NCBI GenBank assembly: GCA_964016885.1
Contig: OZ024751.1
Span: 15,004,001 to 15,068,000, forward strand
Direction: 5' to 3'
Length of the DNA stretch: 64,000 bases
From: Eledone cirrhosa
Lineage: Eukaryota
A program made the translations under genes and the position numbers. This document shows, one piece after another, positions 48,189-60,838 of this stretch (positions are counted from its first letter, which is position 1; every line of letters starts with the position of its first letter). The notes under the pieces are model-generated. The model saw only the letters and a list, made by a program, of their open reading frames with translations, made no database searches and was not told the origin of the DNA.

Positions 48189-48554
48189 TCCTTTGTCAGT
48201 GTTGAACAAACGAGCAGCGATGGTTGCTAGACACTACGGCTTAATATGGGATGTTTGTTTACAAACACCGAGCATTATAATAAATGTTCGGTGAATCCAT
48301 ACGTACATATATATATATGTGTGTATATATATATACATACTACTGTACGTCTGTATACATATATGTATGTACATGTACATACATATATTTAAGTAACAGC
48401 CGTACTAAGAGTGTGAAATGAAATTTCATTTCATTTTTTCTGTGTATATATAAATATATATATATATAGATGTCAACATGAATGGACCTATTATTTTTAT
48501 CTAAAGACATTTTTTCTAATTCCATCCACTTAATCTATTTTATTTCTCATTCTT

Positions 48555-48590
48555 TCTTCTGATGAAGGACTAGCGTCCGAAACGTTAAGA
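48555..48590 (+). ncRNA. Minimal type I hammerhead in a solo pLTR-like end
   Basis: TCTT-CTGATGA-A-GGAC(TAGC)GTCC-GAAA-CG-TT-AAGA; palindromic AACGTT. Confidence 0.85.
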
Positions 48591-48688
48591 CCCTCTTCAT
48601 GCTATATCAAGCGTTAACCTAATATATACCTTCCATATACTGTACCGATTGTGTTATTTCTGTTTACCTTTTACATACATATATATAC

Positions 48689-48729
<41 letters not shown>

Positions 48730-48766
48730 CTTACATTAATTTCTCTGCTTTCATTTATTTATATAC

Positions 48767-48920
48767 GAAAAGAGTCAGGACCCGGACGGCTGAGCTCCGG
48801 CCGTTTCGACAGCTAGATCTAGCCGTCGGGGTCCTGACTCTTTTCCTATTACCCACTCTACTACCCTAAGTATCGAGTACTCTGGTGCGTTGAGGTCCAC
48901 CTGATTCTTTATCACACTTT

Positions 48921-48923
<3 letters not shown>
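48767..48923 (+). mobile_element. Fold-back mini-element, same family as 37381-37552
   Basis: GAAAAGAGTCAGGACCC / GGGTCCTGACTCTTTTC arms; shared tail CCTATTACCCACTCTACTACC..GGTCCACCTG. Confidence 0.8.
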
Positions 48924-48951
<28 letters not shown>

Positions 48952-48982
48952 GCTGCATTCTCTCCCTCACACACATACTCTT

Positions 48983-49048
<66 letters not shown>

Positions 49049-49059
49049 TTCAAAACATC

Positions 49060-49470
49060 TTTTTCTTCGCCCACTTATTCCTGTGAGGGTCGTGGAAGGG
49101 CAGAGTCCTCAAACACGATTTCCAGCGGGTCCTATCGGTAGCAACTGTCTTCAACTGATCCGGCTGAATCCCCAAGTGAGACCAGTCGAGCTCATGGGTC
49201 CAACCATCTTGCTCGGGGTTTAATCTCTGGGTCTCCTGCCAGTTGGTCTTGCCCGTAAAATCTGTCTAGTATTTCTTTCCCGGAGACATTCTAACCACAT
49301 GTCCGTAATATCGGAGCTGTAATCTCTCAATCCAGAGAAGTAACTGCTCTACTTGGGGCGATTCTCTCATCTCTGAACTACGAACTCTATCGAGTAACGT
49401 TATTCCAAAGGCCCTTCAGAGCAACCCAATTTCAGCTGCTTGTATTTGCGAACGTATCACCCAAGATTCA
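49060..49470 (-). mobile_element. RTE LINE 3' fragment
   Basis: IQAAEIG..LLDRVRSSEMRE..IERLQLRYYGHVVRM..RPTGRRP. Confidence 0.85.
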
Positions 49471-49520
49471 ATTCTATATCCCATTCATGTTTACTATAGA
49501 TAAAACTGTATATATTGCCA

Positions 49521-49637
<117 letters not shown>

Positions 49638-49638
49638 G

Positions 49639-49709
<71 letters not shown>

Positions 49710-50128
49710 CCTCTTTCTTTCTCTCTCATATCTCTCTCACAAACACACATACATATTTGAAAATGATAAAGAATCTCAAACACAGAAAATAAGTTATAGC
49801 TGTCGGTCATTACAGATAATAGTAAAAATAGAAACAAATGCGCCTTAATCCATATTTTCCGTCTCTAAAGATATTTTTTCACAATTTTCTCAATTATTAT
49901 CTATAGTGATCGACTGTTGTTATAGTTACTTTCTACGTTTGGGACTCTTACATTATCAAATCTCAAACACTCTCAGCATTTCGATAATTCATAAACTTTA
50001 TTTGAAAATACGATTTTGTTTTATTTTTCTTGATAGTAAATATACAAACTATTCTATGTTGTGTATTTTCAGTTTCATAACACGATTAAAATAATATTTT
50101 ATATCTTATCAAATTTTTGTTTTTTCAG

Positions 50129-50152
50129 ATGGTGCTTTTCAGCCCTTTACAG
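50129..50152 (+). CDS. Macrodomain gene, candidate 24-nt microexon (DGAFQPFT)
   Basis: TTTTTGTTTTTTCAG| ... ACAG|GTTAGT; phase 1-1, frame-preserving. Confidence 0.6.
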
Positions 50153-50408
50153 GTTAGTTTCTGAAATATCATTTCGTTTTTATTAGATGATAGATTCATA
50201 TATCTAAACAACTAAAATTTATTATATAAAACTGACTGATTTATTCATACATAATCAACTTTAATAATATGTTACATATGTTTGTGTGTGTGTATTATTT
50301 AATTACATACATTGGCAGTATCGGTAGAGGGTCGGACGCCATGCTTTCCAACATAGAGTTACGCCCCTTTATGATCTGAGTTCAAATCCCGCCGAGGTTA
50401 ACTTTGCT

Positions 50409-51532
50409 TACTTCGACGGACTGCAGTGGCTCTCGGCCACCGAGGCGGAGCGTTGCGAAAGGCCGATAACAGCTGCTGAAATACGGGTAGAAATGACTGA
50501 CTGCACGACGGTTAAATCGCCTGGTTTGGATGATCTACCCTACGAGCTTTACGTACGCATGCCAGACTTGTTCGGCGACCTCTTGGCGGACATCTACTGC
50601 AGCTGGCAGCAGAACCGGAAAATTCCCAGCTCTGTGAGCCGAGGAGCGATAGCGCTGCTGAGAAAGGACCCGAACAAGGGAGGCAAGATAGATAATTTCA
50701 GGCTAATAACTCTGCTAAACGCAGAGTTCAAGATCTTTGCCAAGGTGCTTGCAAAGAAGTTGGCGCTTGTCATCGGTGGTCTGGCGGGAGAGGCGCAGAC
50801 ATGCGCCATTCCAGACAGATCCATCCACGACAACTTCCACCTCGTGCGATACATCGTGGAGAGGGTGGCTAACGAACCTGGCACGGGTGGGTCCTTGATC
50901 AATTTAGATCAGTTAGAAAGCTTTCGATAGGGTCGACAATCGTTATCTGGCGGCGGTCCTAACGGGGACCGGCTTTGAGCCCGTGTTCAGAGGCTGGATC
51001 GCTGCCATGCACAGCCAGCAACATCTGCTCTGTGGTGAGAGTGAACGGTCACCTTTCGGAACCGTTCAACATCATGCGTTCGGTCCGCCAAGGATGTCCC
51101 CCTCTCGTCCCTGTTGTACGTAGTGACTCCGGGCATTACTGCACAAACTGGAGACATTGAGGGGTGTCCCGCGCGAACTGGGATGCGGTAGAACCGTGTC
51201 AGCATATGCTGACGGCGCTAAAGTCCCTCTTGCGATCCGACCCACCGTTTCCCCCGAACAGCTGAGCGAAGTGCCGCTGAAAAGCCGCACACATTTGCTC
51301 GAGTTCGAGTAACATGCGCCCGTCGTGGTCCTCCAAAGACCGGATCGTGGTTTTGTTGCCACGACGCGCCTCCGCCACTCAGGCCCATCGAACGGCTTTT
51401 GTCCCCTAGTTTCTGAGAGCACGCGCCCTAGCTCTAACAACGCAGACTTCGTGCTTTCCGTTGAAGAATTGGTCGAGGGCTAATTTCGCCGCAAGCACGT
51501 AGGTCGCGATGCCTTTACTAAGCGCCTCGTCT
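50409..51532. mobile_element. Tx1/L1-like LINE ORF2 fragment with internal inversion, splitting a SINE A (50312-50408 and 51577-51665)
   Basis: + strand KSPGLD, NFRLITLLN, KAFDRVD, VRQGCP, AYAD; - strand 51532-51214 encodes the segment immediately upstream; GC-rich. Confidence 0.9.
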
Positions 51533-51780
51533 AATTAGATTCAAATTAGATTCAAACTTACAATGATTGGCATTATATTGCCTTTCATCCTTACGGGGTC
51601 GATAAAATAAAGTACCAGTAATGCACTGGCTAATGCTGGCTTTGTGCCAAAAGTAGAAACAATTATATATATATATATATAGGAAAATGTTAAACATTTT
51701 CCTATTACCCACTCCACTACCCTAAGTATTGAGTACTCCGGTGCGTTATGGTCCATCTGGTTCCTTACCACACTTCCTTC

Positions 51781-51833
<53 letters not shown>

Positions 51834-52067
51834 CGTTAAATTAATTCAACAGTTAAACATACATAGGAATAATAATTGTTTCTACTTTTGGCACAAGGCC
51901 AGCAATTACCCCAGTACATTACTGGTACTTTATTTTATCGACCCCGTAAGGATGAAAGGTAAAGTTAACCTCGGCGGGATTTGAACTCAGTCCGTAAAGG
52001 GACGTATAATAATGTTACCAAAGAGCCAGAAGATTGACAAGTCGACCCTAAATCATAATATAATAAC

Positions 52068-52490
52068 GGGAGTATAACTAGGAAAGCCATGAACGACACC
52101 ACAGCTTTTTAACTTTGATTTTGAAAGTAGGTTTATAATTATTAATTTTTAACATACTTATGTAGCTGTCTCGGCGGCCTACTTGGAAGAATCACAGAGG
52201 CTGTTGAACTTGGCCTGAAGTTCGATCCTGGTTGGGAGTAGGGTACCCGGTAAACCTTTTCAGTTTTTTCTATGGTATGTGAAATAAAAACTGAAGAAAA
52301 TTACATCTACCTCTTGACCAGGATTGAACCCAACACCACGATCTCCACCGTCTGTAGTACCTACCGATAGGCTACTGAGACAGCTACGAAAAATCTACTG
52401 AAAATTCATACTTATAAACTTACTTTCACAATTTTCAATACACAATCATGTGAGGTCCTTCGTGTCTTTCTTAATGTTATTCTTGCTCCT
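52068..52490. other. Old diverged inverted repeat carrying two tRNA-like A/B-box units
   Basis: GAAAGTAGGTTTATAA..GTAGCTGTCTC on both strands; B-boxes GTTCGATCC and GGTTCAATCC; T-runs downstream. Confidence 0.55.
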
Positions 52491-52564
52491 ACTTAAGGTA
52501 AACTTGTAAATCATTTGGGTGTTCCATAAACTACATCCTCGTTTTGTTTCTCAACTATCTAGAC

Positions 52565-54217
52565 CAGGCATGCCAAACATGCGGCCCTTTGCAAGCCCGC
52601 ACAAACGTTTTTACAGCGCGAGTTTGTTTTATCTTCGTAATATAAAATTTAAAAATTCTTCGATACGATTGCTTATTTTTGTGCGATTTTTGTCAATTAC
52701 TTTTAACTTCCAACGAATCACGCGCAGCTCATTAACAGTTGTAAACAGAAAACTTTCTTTCAAAATTTCAAAAGTTTTTTCTTTTAAAATGGCTAGTCCT
52801 CCTCCAGCTAAGAGAAAAAAGGAAATTGAACGAAGAAGGCCTGTGTAAAAATAAGTGGGAATTACAGTATTTTTGTACAACGGTGAACGGAAAGATACAC
52901 TGTTTAAGTTGCAACAACTGCATCGCCACGCCAAAACAAAATTTGTGTTCAAAGATTTTAGAATAGCATCATGTGCCTAGCTTGGTCACAAAAGTGAACT
53001 ATATCAGAGGCCGTGCTCTCAACCGCCGTCAGTTCAGCCAGTTGTTGAAAGATATGGATAATCAGTTCACCGATGTTCCATTCTACACAGAAGTCTGCTG
53101 ATTGTCATGTCACAAAGTGCTGAAAAGATTCTATTTGTTGAGACAAGAAATAATTATGTTTTTGGAGATGAAAGGTCAAAACACAGATAAAATAAAATGT
53201 GAAAGTTGGCTCCAAGATCTGGCTTTTGCTGTGGATATTACTGCACAATTAATTGATCTTAATTTGAAATTACAAGGTAAAAACAACTCATCACTCAGTT
53301 GTATGATGCCATCAAGTGCTTCATTAGAAAACTAAGCTTATGGAAGTCACAGATGACAAATGAAAATTTAGTTCATTTTCCTACGTGCAGAGAGCTGAAA
53401 AACACTGCCAATACTGATTAGCTTTGCTAAGTATGACAGTCACCTGGAACTGTTGTCAAAGGAATTTCAGGAAAGATTTCTCATCTTTTGAACATCAGTT
53501 TGCATTATTCTCAGCACCATTCACCTTTGATGTTGCCAAGGCAGAAGAAAGCCTGTAGATGGAACTATTGGAAATGCAGTCAGATTCTCCACTCAGAGCA
53601 AAGTATCTTGAAGTGGGGATACCTGGTTTCTTTTCATACCTTCCTGAAAAGTTAAAAAACTTCAGAAAGTTTGCCACAAAGATTATGGCAATGTTTGGTT
53701 CTACCTATGTGTGTGAACAGTTATTTTCCTTCATGAAATTAACAAAAACTTCTCAGAGAACAAGGCTGACTGATCAACACTTGCCATCTCTCATCAAAGT
53801 CGGAACTGTACAGACATTTCAGGCAGACATACCAAAAATTGTCAACAAAAAGGTGTGTCAAGCCTCAGGACAAAACACTAAAAATGGTTGAATAGTAGCA
53901 AATAAATGTTCAGTTTTGAACTGTTGTAATTTTTATACAATGTATTTGTTGCTGTTGCAAGCTGAAAGTATATGTTGACATTTAAAATTTTTGTTTTTTG
54001 TCAAACCACTTCATTACTTTGTATTCATGAATGCTGCTAAAACATTTGTATGTACATTGTATGTTTCTAAAATTTAAGTAACAAATTTTTCTGCAATAAG
54101 TTTTATTAAATGGCTTTAATTAGTTGTAATTTGCACAATTAGTTGTCGTATGCGGCCCTCAAACAACACATATGTGACCTATGCGGCCCTTGGGGGATCC
54201 TCAGTTTGACATGCCTG
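52565..54217 (+). mobile_element. hAT (Charlie/SPIN-type) transposon, internally deleted, decayed transposase
   Basis: TIR CAGGCATG[CT]CAAAC; near-TSD ATCTAGAC/CTCTAGAC (NTCTAGAN); WLQDLAFAVDI..LNLKLQG and MFGSTYVCEQLFSFMK..RTRLTD. Confidence 0.93.
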
Positions 54218-54600
54218 CTGCTCTAGACGCTTTTATAGTCAGCGTTACTACTAGACTCTATTCTCCGTTATACGTAGAAAGGTCTCGGTTTTGTGACCAG
54301 TCCAGTCTTTAATGTTGTCAAACCAGGATGTTCTTTGTCTGCCCCCCCCCCCCGACTGTGCTCTGAAGGATGTTTAAATAATGATTTATGATTTAAGCAC
54401 AAGGCCGACAGTTTTTTTAGGGAGAGGGGAAAGTCGATTAAATTGACCCCAATGCATTACTGGTACTTTATTTTATCGATCCCGTAAGGATGAAAGGTAG
54501 AGCTAACCTCGGCCTTGCCTTTAAGGTTGTTTGAATAATATTAAATGTTCTGTAATGATATCTTTTGGTTTTTCTTTTCATTCTTTTTGCTTTCTTCCAG

Positions 54601-54728
54601 GGATAGAAATATTTACTATGGACGGATTCAATGAACTTCTTACCAATTCCGTGCAAAATTTAACAAATATTATTGACAGAACACAAAGCAAGGGGCAATC
54701 GAAAACCGCGGCGTCAACTACAATTTAA
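54601..54728 (+). CDS. Macrodomain gene, probable last coding exon
   Basis: Long pyrimidine tract TTCTTCCAG|; phase 1; GIEIFTMDGFNELL...TTI*. Confidence 0.6.
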
Positions 54729-55681
54729 ATGAATAATTTTAGAATTAAAACTAAGAAATTTACGAACGTTTCTATTTGCTGATGATGTTGTTGTTGTGAA
54801 TATGTTATTTGAAATATATCACTAAAAAAAATTAAAAAAACCTTTTTCCAAATGTATTATGTTATAAATTATTACGGGCCAATGCATAATTTATCGATAC
54901 TGCCAATCCACTAGTTATCATTCAATTATGGTTGCGTCTTATTAGAAGTCAAACAAGTAACCATATGAAGACCGTAGTAGATGACAAAATGTTTTAACTT
55001 TAACGACACCTACTCAAGTGACAAGCTGGTGCGTTCGGCTAACAGCCCAGGCTCTGCTGCCTGCCAAGCCGAATAGGGCAAACTGTCCAAGTATCAGCCG
55101 CTCTCGGATAGGTTTGTAGTAAAGCCTGCAGCCAGCAGTGGGGTTTCCGGCGTTCGATTGCTTAAGGTGAGCGATATAGCCAGGCTAATCAACATTAGCG
55201 ATGGCGCGTGGTTTACTAGTTAGGGCGTTCAGCTCACGATCCTAAGATTGTGTGATCGACGCCCAGTGACGCGGTTTGCTACAGTGTACTCAGTGGACAA
55301 CTGTAGCGGTTGTCTCCCTTGTTTGGTTTAACATCTAGACGGGAAGTAGAACCTTTTCTGTAACTTCCGGTCAGAACCCTATAAAACTAACAACTGTAAG
55401 TTCTCATTCTCTCATTGCCTTTTCGGCACCAGGCCAAGAGTCTCTCATTTGGCTCTGCCTGTCATTTGGCCAACAGGCGCCTGGCCTTAGCCAGGCGTCC
55501 TCTGCCAGCCGCGTTTGCCTGGCAATCAAAACGGTAACTACTAACTTTGCTTCATTCTATCATCTATTTCTTTGACATGTCAACTATACTATCTACCATT
55601 GTTAATTAAATATATATCTACACACAAACAATGTATTCCTTGTTACATTCATGCAACCCAGTACCCTCGCTATACAACTAT

Positions 55682-55870
55682 AAATAATTGTTTCTACTTT
55701 TGGCACAAGGCCAATAATTATCCAGTGCATTACTGGTACTTTATTTTATCGATCCCGTGAGGATGAAAAGCAAAGTTAACCTCGACGGGATTTGAACTCA
55801 GACCGTAAAGGGACGTAACTCTATGCTGCAAAGCATGGCGTCCGACCCTCTACCGATACTGCCAATCCAA
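55682..55870 (-). mobile_element. SINE family A (partial copies also at 51869-52005 and 54377-54515)
   Basis: Matches the family consensus. Confidence 0.88.
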
Positions 55871-57239
55871 TAATAGTTGAAAAGTCCGTCTCCAGGAGTG
55901 TCTAGTTCCAACCATATTCACGAAGGCTTAATATCCAAAATATAAACGTGACGGGTAGGGAGGAGATGACATTAACTATAGTATAGAAAAAATAGCATGT
56001 CATTGCAATATTAGATCTGTAGATCACGAAAATGATCAAATAACACATTACGTTAAAGGTAGCGTATGTAAAAAGGTTAAGTTACAACTACAGTTAACAA
56101 CACGCCTGAATAATCAAGAATGTTATTGCTCTGGGTTTGCGTCAGAGCTGTATTATTCACAAGACTGACTAGGCTGAAGTCTAGAGACTTCGCAAGAATA
56201 GGACCCGACAGGTTTTACTTTCTTTTATTTTTCTTCTGTTTTTCGCTCTCGTTTGGGTGAAAGATTGAAGTGTCACAGGGTGTCCGAAATACCCGAAATA
56301 CTAATACAGCTCTGGGTTTGCATGAATAGTATGTTGATTTAGAAAAATCCAAATACTCGTTATTAATTGGCGAGTCATCTTATATAAGCATCATAAAACA
56401 AACGTGTTTCTTTGTGAGGTATTTTACTCGTCAATACAATTTATATAATAAATAAGACTATGCAAATATATACAGTACTAAAAAAGGGGGAGGGGGAATA
56501 ATAAGGAAGAACAGGTTGGGGGAGAAGACACGTACACTCAATCACACACCCAAAAAGCGGGGCTGAATATTCATTCCAATATTTTTTTAGGCAAGCCAAC
56601 ACTCTCACAACATTGCCGCGGGTGATAGCAAGGCTCAGGCGCTAGAATAGCCAAGTACTCTCGCAGGCATCACCTGATACCTAGATAAGGAGAGCCGCCA
56701 ACGATGACAAGAACTCCGTTGTCAGCGGCCCAGCTACACCAAATGTTTGGAACGCCACAGGCTGAAAGAAATTCGCTTCATTTAATTTTCTTGATGTCAG
56801 AAAGTATAAATTGGTTTAGCGTTAACTCTCTTCGTCGAGATGATTAAAAGACAAATTTATTCAGTAATGAAATTATCATCTTTAATTACGTCCTCATAAT
56901 CAGAAAATATGTCCCAGACTTGAAAAAAATAAGTACTGGGGTTGATATGATCCACTAAATCTCAGCAGTGAACCACATTAAAAGTACCTAAAGCGCAAGT
57001 AATGGTAATAAATGAGGAAGCGGATCAAGTCTACCATTTACAGGGATACGTAATTCAATGTCCTTCAGGATTTCAATATTTGGTTGCTATTTCTAGCAGA
57101 TTTGACATCCACGTAGAAGGTCGTTTGTTAATGTAGATATATTCTATGGGAGAAAATCAACTACACAGAAACGACAAAGGGAGAGAACTCTCTACACAGC
57201 CGAGATATTGTTTGGAAAAGAGAGAGAAAAAGAGTTGAT

Positions 57240-57255
57240 CACCAGGTGGCAGCAC
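57240..57255 (+). promoter_or_regulatory. CTCF-like motif just upstream of the NDUFA13 ATG
   Basis: CACCAGGTGGCAGCAC resembles the CTCF consensus. Confidence 0.45.
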
Positions 57256-57291
57256 TAGCAGCGGTAAACAAGGACGGTCGAATTTTCGACC

Positions 57292-57391
57292 ATGGCCAGT
57301 GCCACCAGCGGGTTTCAACAAGATTTACCTCCTAAGGGAGGATATGGTCCTGTCAATTGGATGAAACAAGCTGCTCAACGAGGTCCCGGCG
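57292..57391 (+). CDS. NDUFA13: NADH dehydrogenase 1 alpha subunit 13 (GRIM-19), exon 1
   Basis: MASATSGFQQDLPPKGGYGPVNW..RGPG; donor G|GTACGT. Confidence 0.92.
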
Positions 57392-57859
57392 GTACGTACA
57401 GCAAAATATATACATACTAATATTGTCTTTATTTCACATCAGTCTTCCATGTGATACTGACATTGTACTTGTGTCCTTCACAAGTTGAAAGTTAGTTTTA
57501 CTGGATATCTCACGAATTTACAATCTTTCTTCTCATCTTTGATATAAAATTTTTTCATTTATTTTCCGTTTGTTTCCGAAGAATTTCGAGCGATAAGCAA
57601 TTTTGCCTCATGTTTATATATATATAAATGCAGACATGGTGTCTGTTTTATTCATTTCATAATGCCTCGTTGCAATAAACTTAAAAGGAATATCATAAAG
57701 TTAAAAAAAAAACACAAAATACTTGAAATATATATATATATATATTTAATAGTTAAATTCTATTTGCATATCGATCCCTATTAGTCATGCTCTGGCCGTC
57801 TTTCTTTTTTAAAAGAAGGTAGGTTGGGATTTGACTGAGATTGGGTCGCTAGTTCTAGC

Positions 57860-58585
57860 GAATTGGCAGACTCGTTTGAGCGTTGGATTAAATGCCTCGG
57901 ATTAATTCCAGCTCTGAGTTCAAATCTCGCTTAGGTTAACTTTGTCTTTCGTTGTTTCAGGGTCGATAAATAACGTACCAGTCCTTGTGCGAGGTCTTAA
58001 TGGTATTGTTAAACAGTCGAACGATATGCATTTTGGTTTTTGTTACAGACCTTTACATTCTGAGTTCAAATCCTGCCACGGTCTACTTTGCTGTTCATCC
58101 TTCCGAGGTCAATAAAATAAAGTACCAGTTAAGTACTGGGATTGATATAATTAGCTTTTACCTTCCCCAAATATTAGAAAGAATTGGCAGTATCAGTAGA
58201 GCGTCGGATAACATGCTTTGCAGCATACAGTTACCTCCCTTTACATTCTGAGTTCAAATCCTGTCGGGGTTAGCTTTGTTTTTCATCCTCACGGGGTCGA
58301 TAAAATAATGTATGAGTAATAGTGGGGGTGATTTAATCGACTTTTCCCTTCCCCAAAATTGTTGGCCTTGTGCCTAAATCGGAAACCATTGGTGGATTGG
58401 CAGTATCGGTAGAGAGTCGGACACCAAGCGTTGACGCATAGAGTTACGGCCCTTTCCATTCTGAGTTCAAACCCCGCCGAGGTCAACTTTGCCTTTCATC
58501 CTTACGGGGTCGATAAAATAAAGTACCAGTAATGTATTGAGTAATTGCTGGCCTTGTGCCAAAAGTAGAAACAATTATTATTTTT
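57860..58585 (+). mobile_element. Cluster of SINE family A copies in NDUFA13 intron 1 (more at 59225-59895 in intron 2)
   Basis: Repeated GAGTTCAAA and GTCGATAAAATAAAGTACCAG. Confidence 0.85.
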
Positions 58586-58614
58586 ATTAAAATTTGTATT
58601 ATTTATTTTTACAG

Positions 58615-58693
58615 GATATTTCAAGTTTTCAGCGTTTGTTGCATTCTCTCTGGCTGGTTACACTGCATGGAGCTTTCAAGCGAAATATTGGAG
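58615..58693 (+). CDS. NDUFA13: NDUFA13 exon 2 (transmembrane helix)
   Basis: TTTACAG| GYFKFSAFVAFSLAGYTAWSFQAKYWR |GTATAC; phase 1-2. Confidence 0.85.
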
Positions 58694-59944
58694 GTATACA
58701 AGAAAATTATTTAAATATAAAACTGGATATTTCATTATCATTTGTCTGAGTGAGTGAGTGTAGGTCAGCATAAGATGGCAGCAAATTGGTAGAGTCATTT
58801 GAGAGTTGAATAAAATATCTTGTAATATTTGTTTTGGCTCTCTGCACCAAGAGTTCAAATGTCACCGAGGCCAACTTTTCGAGATCGATAAAATAAAATA
58901 CCAGTCCAAAGTAAATGGTGAAATTGTTAAGAGTGCCGTGCAAGATGCCTTGCAGTTGTTTAGGTTCTGAGTTGAAATACTGGTGTGACCTTATTCTATT
59001 GTCAGGTTTATCACCACCATCTATTGATAATGTTTGTATCATTGGTTTTGCTATATACAAAAAGGTTACCCAAAAAACACACACACAACAATAAATGAAT
59101 AATAATCCCTGATTTTAGAACCATCTAACCCATACCAATATGGAAAGGTAGACGTAAATATGATGATCATCATAATTGTTTCTACGTTAGGCACGTGTAT
59201 GTAGAAGTATAGATAATTATTATTACCATGCTTTGCAGCATAGAGTTAGGGCCCTTTATGTTCTGAGTTCAAATCCCACCTTTCGTCCTTACAAGGTAGA
59301 TAAAATAAAGCACCAGTAATACACTGGGGTCAATTTAATCGACTTTCCCCTCCACCAAATTTACTGGCCTTGTGCCTATAGTAAAAATGATTATTTTTAC
59401 ATCTAAATAAGGCAGTGGATTGGCAGAATCATTAGAGTATCAGACAAAATGCTTAGCAGTATTTAGTTACAGCTCTTTATATTCTGATTTCAAATTATTC
59501 ATAGGCTAACTTTGCCTTACATCCTTCCAAGGTTGATAAAATAAAGTACCAGTAAAATGCTGGGATTGGTATAGCTGACCTTCCCCTTCCTCACAAAACT
59601 GCTAGTGGTGCACCAAAATTAAAACCCATTATTACATCTAAATTCTCATTCAATAAAAATATAGACCCCTCTTACTTACTCATATTATTTTACTTACAAA
59701 GTATTGGTGGATTGGCAGTATCGGTAGAGGGTCGGACGCCATGCTTTCCAGCATAGTTACGTCCCTTTACGATCTGAGTTCAAATCCCGCCGAGGTTGAC
59801 TTTGCCTTTCATCCTTACGGGGTCGATAAAATAAAGTACCAGTAATGCACTGGGTAATTGCTGGCCTTGTGCCTAAAGTAGAAATAATTATTTTACTTAC
59901 AAAAACTACCCATCCCAGAAAAGTCCTTAGTTAAGTCTGTTCTA

Positions 59945-60190
59945 AGCCGAAGGTTCATCAGGCCAGTTCTTGCCCCCGGTTTCCTTGGCGTTAAACAACT
60001 GAGAGTACAAGACTCTCCCTGGATATGACACCAGTCTATTGCAGGTTTAACTCCCCAGCTACTGCTGGTACTCACTTTTAGCTGGGTGTACTGGAGCAAT
60101 GGGAAATAAAGTGTTTGGTTCAACAACACAACGCAGCCTGTCCAGGAATTGAACTGACAGCATTACGATCCTATGTCAAGCTGCCTACAC
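59945..60190 (-). mobile_element. Older tRNA-SINE, family B-related head with a different tail
   Basis: GTTCAATTCC B-box, ACACTTTATTTC..TTGCTCCAGT, CCTGCAATAGACTGG. Confidence 0.6.
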
Positions 60191-60766
60191 CTACAATATT
60201 TGCCATATATTCTGTGTCATGTAACATTTGTGTTCAGTTATGTGATCAGCAGTTAGCTGCAAAACTCAGAGTAGCAACAGAGAGTAATCTCAGCAATGTA
60301 ATAAATAGAATATACATTATACTCTATATACTGTATGTATCCAGTTTAGAATAAATTCACCATATCCCTGCATATCAAGGACATCTGGATGTAAAATATT
60401 GCCTCAAAAAGCCCTGTGCAACTCATGCTGGCATGGAACAATTGATGTAAAAAAAACAATGACGATGATATATGTCATCATCATCATCATATCCATTTAT
60501 CTACACTGGCATGGGTTAGACGGGTTGTCCTGTTGTGGGTAATGCCAGGTAAGGTGATTGTGTCTTGCTCATACAGAACTGATTTTGGCTTGATTTCTAC
60601 AGCTGAATGCCCTTCCTAACACCAACCTTATTTACAGTGAGTACTGGGTGCTTTTTTTACTGTGGCACCTACACAACCACTTTACAGTGGGAGAGGAGTG
60701 GGGGCATACTGTCTATATGCTTCAGCTTCGGCATGTATAAATAATAAAATATATATTCTTTTCCAG

Positions 60767-60838
60767 ACAGAACAAGCGTGAGATGCAAGATGCCAGAAAT
60801 GCTGTGGAGCCTCTGTTTTTAGCTGAAGTTGACAGAAT
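60767..60838 (+). CDS. NDUFA13: NDUFA13 exon 3
   Basis: TTCCAG| QNKREMQDARNAVEPLFLAEVDR |GTATGT; phase 2-2. Confidence 0.9.

Larger units (their letters stand above)
47686..48443. mobile_element. Intronic inverted duplication of a hammerhead-bearing element (arms about 47686-47991 / 48085-48385)
   Basis: About 300-bp arms; 48045-48087 is additionally the inverse of the 3' end at 48402-48443. Confidence 0.88.
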
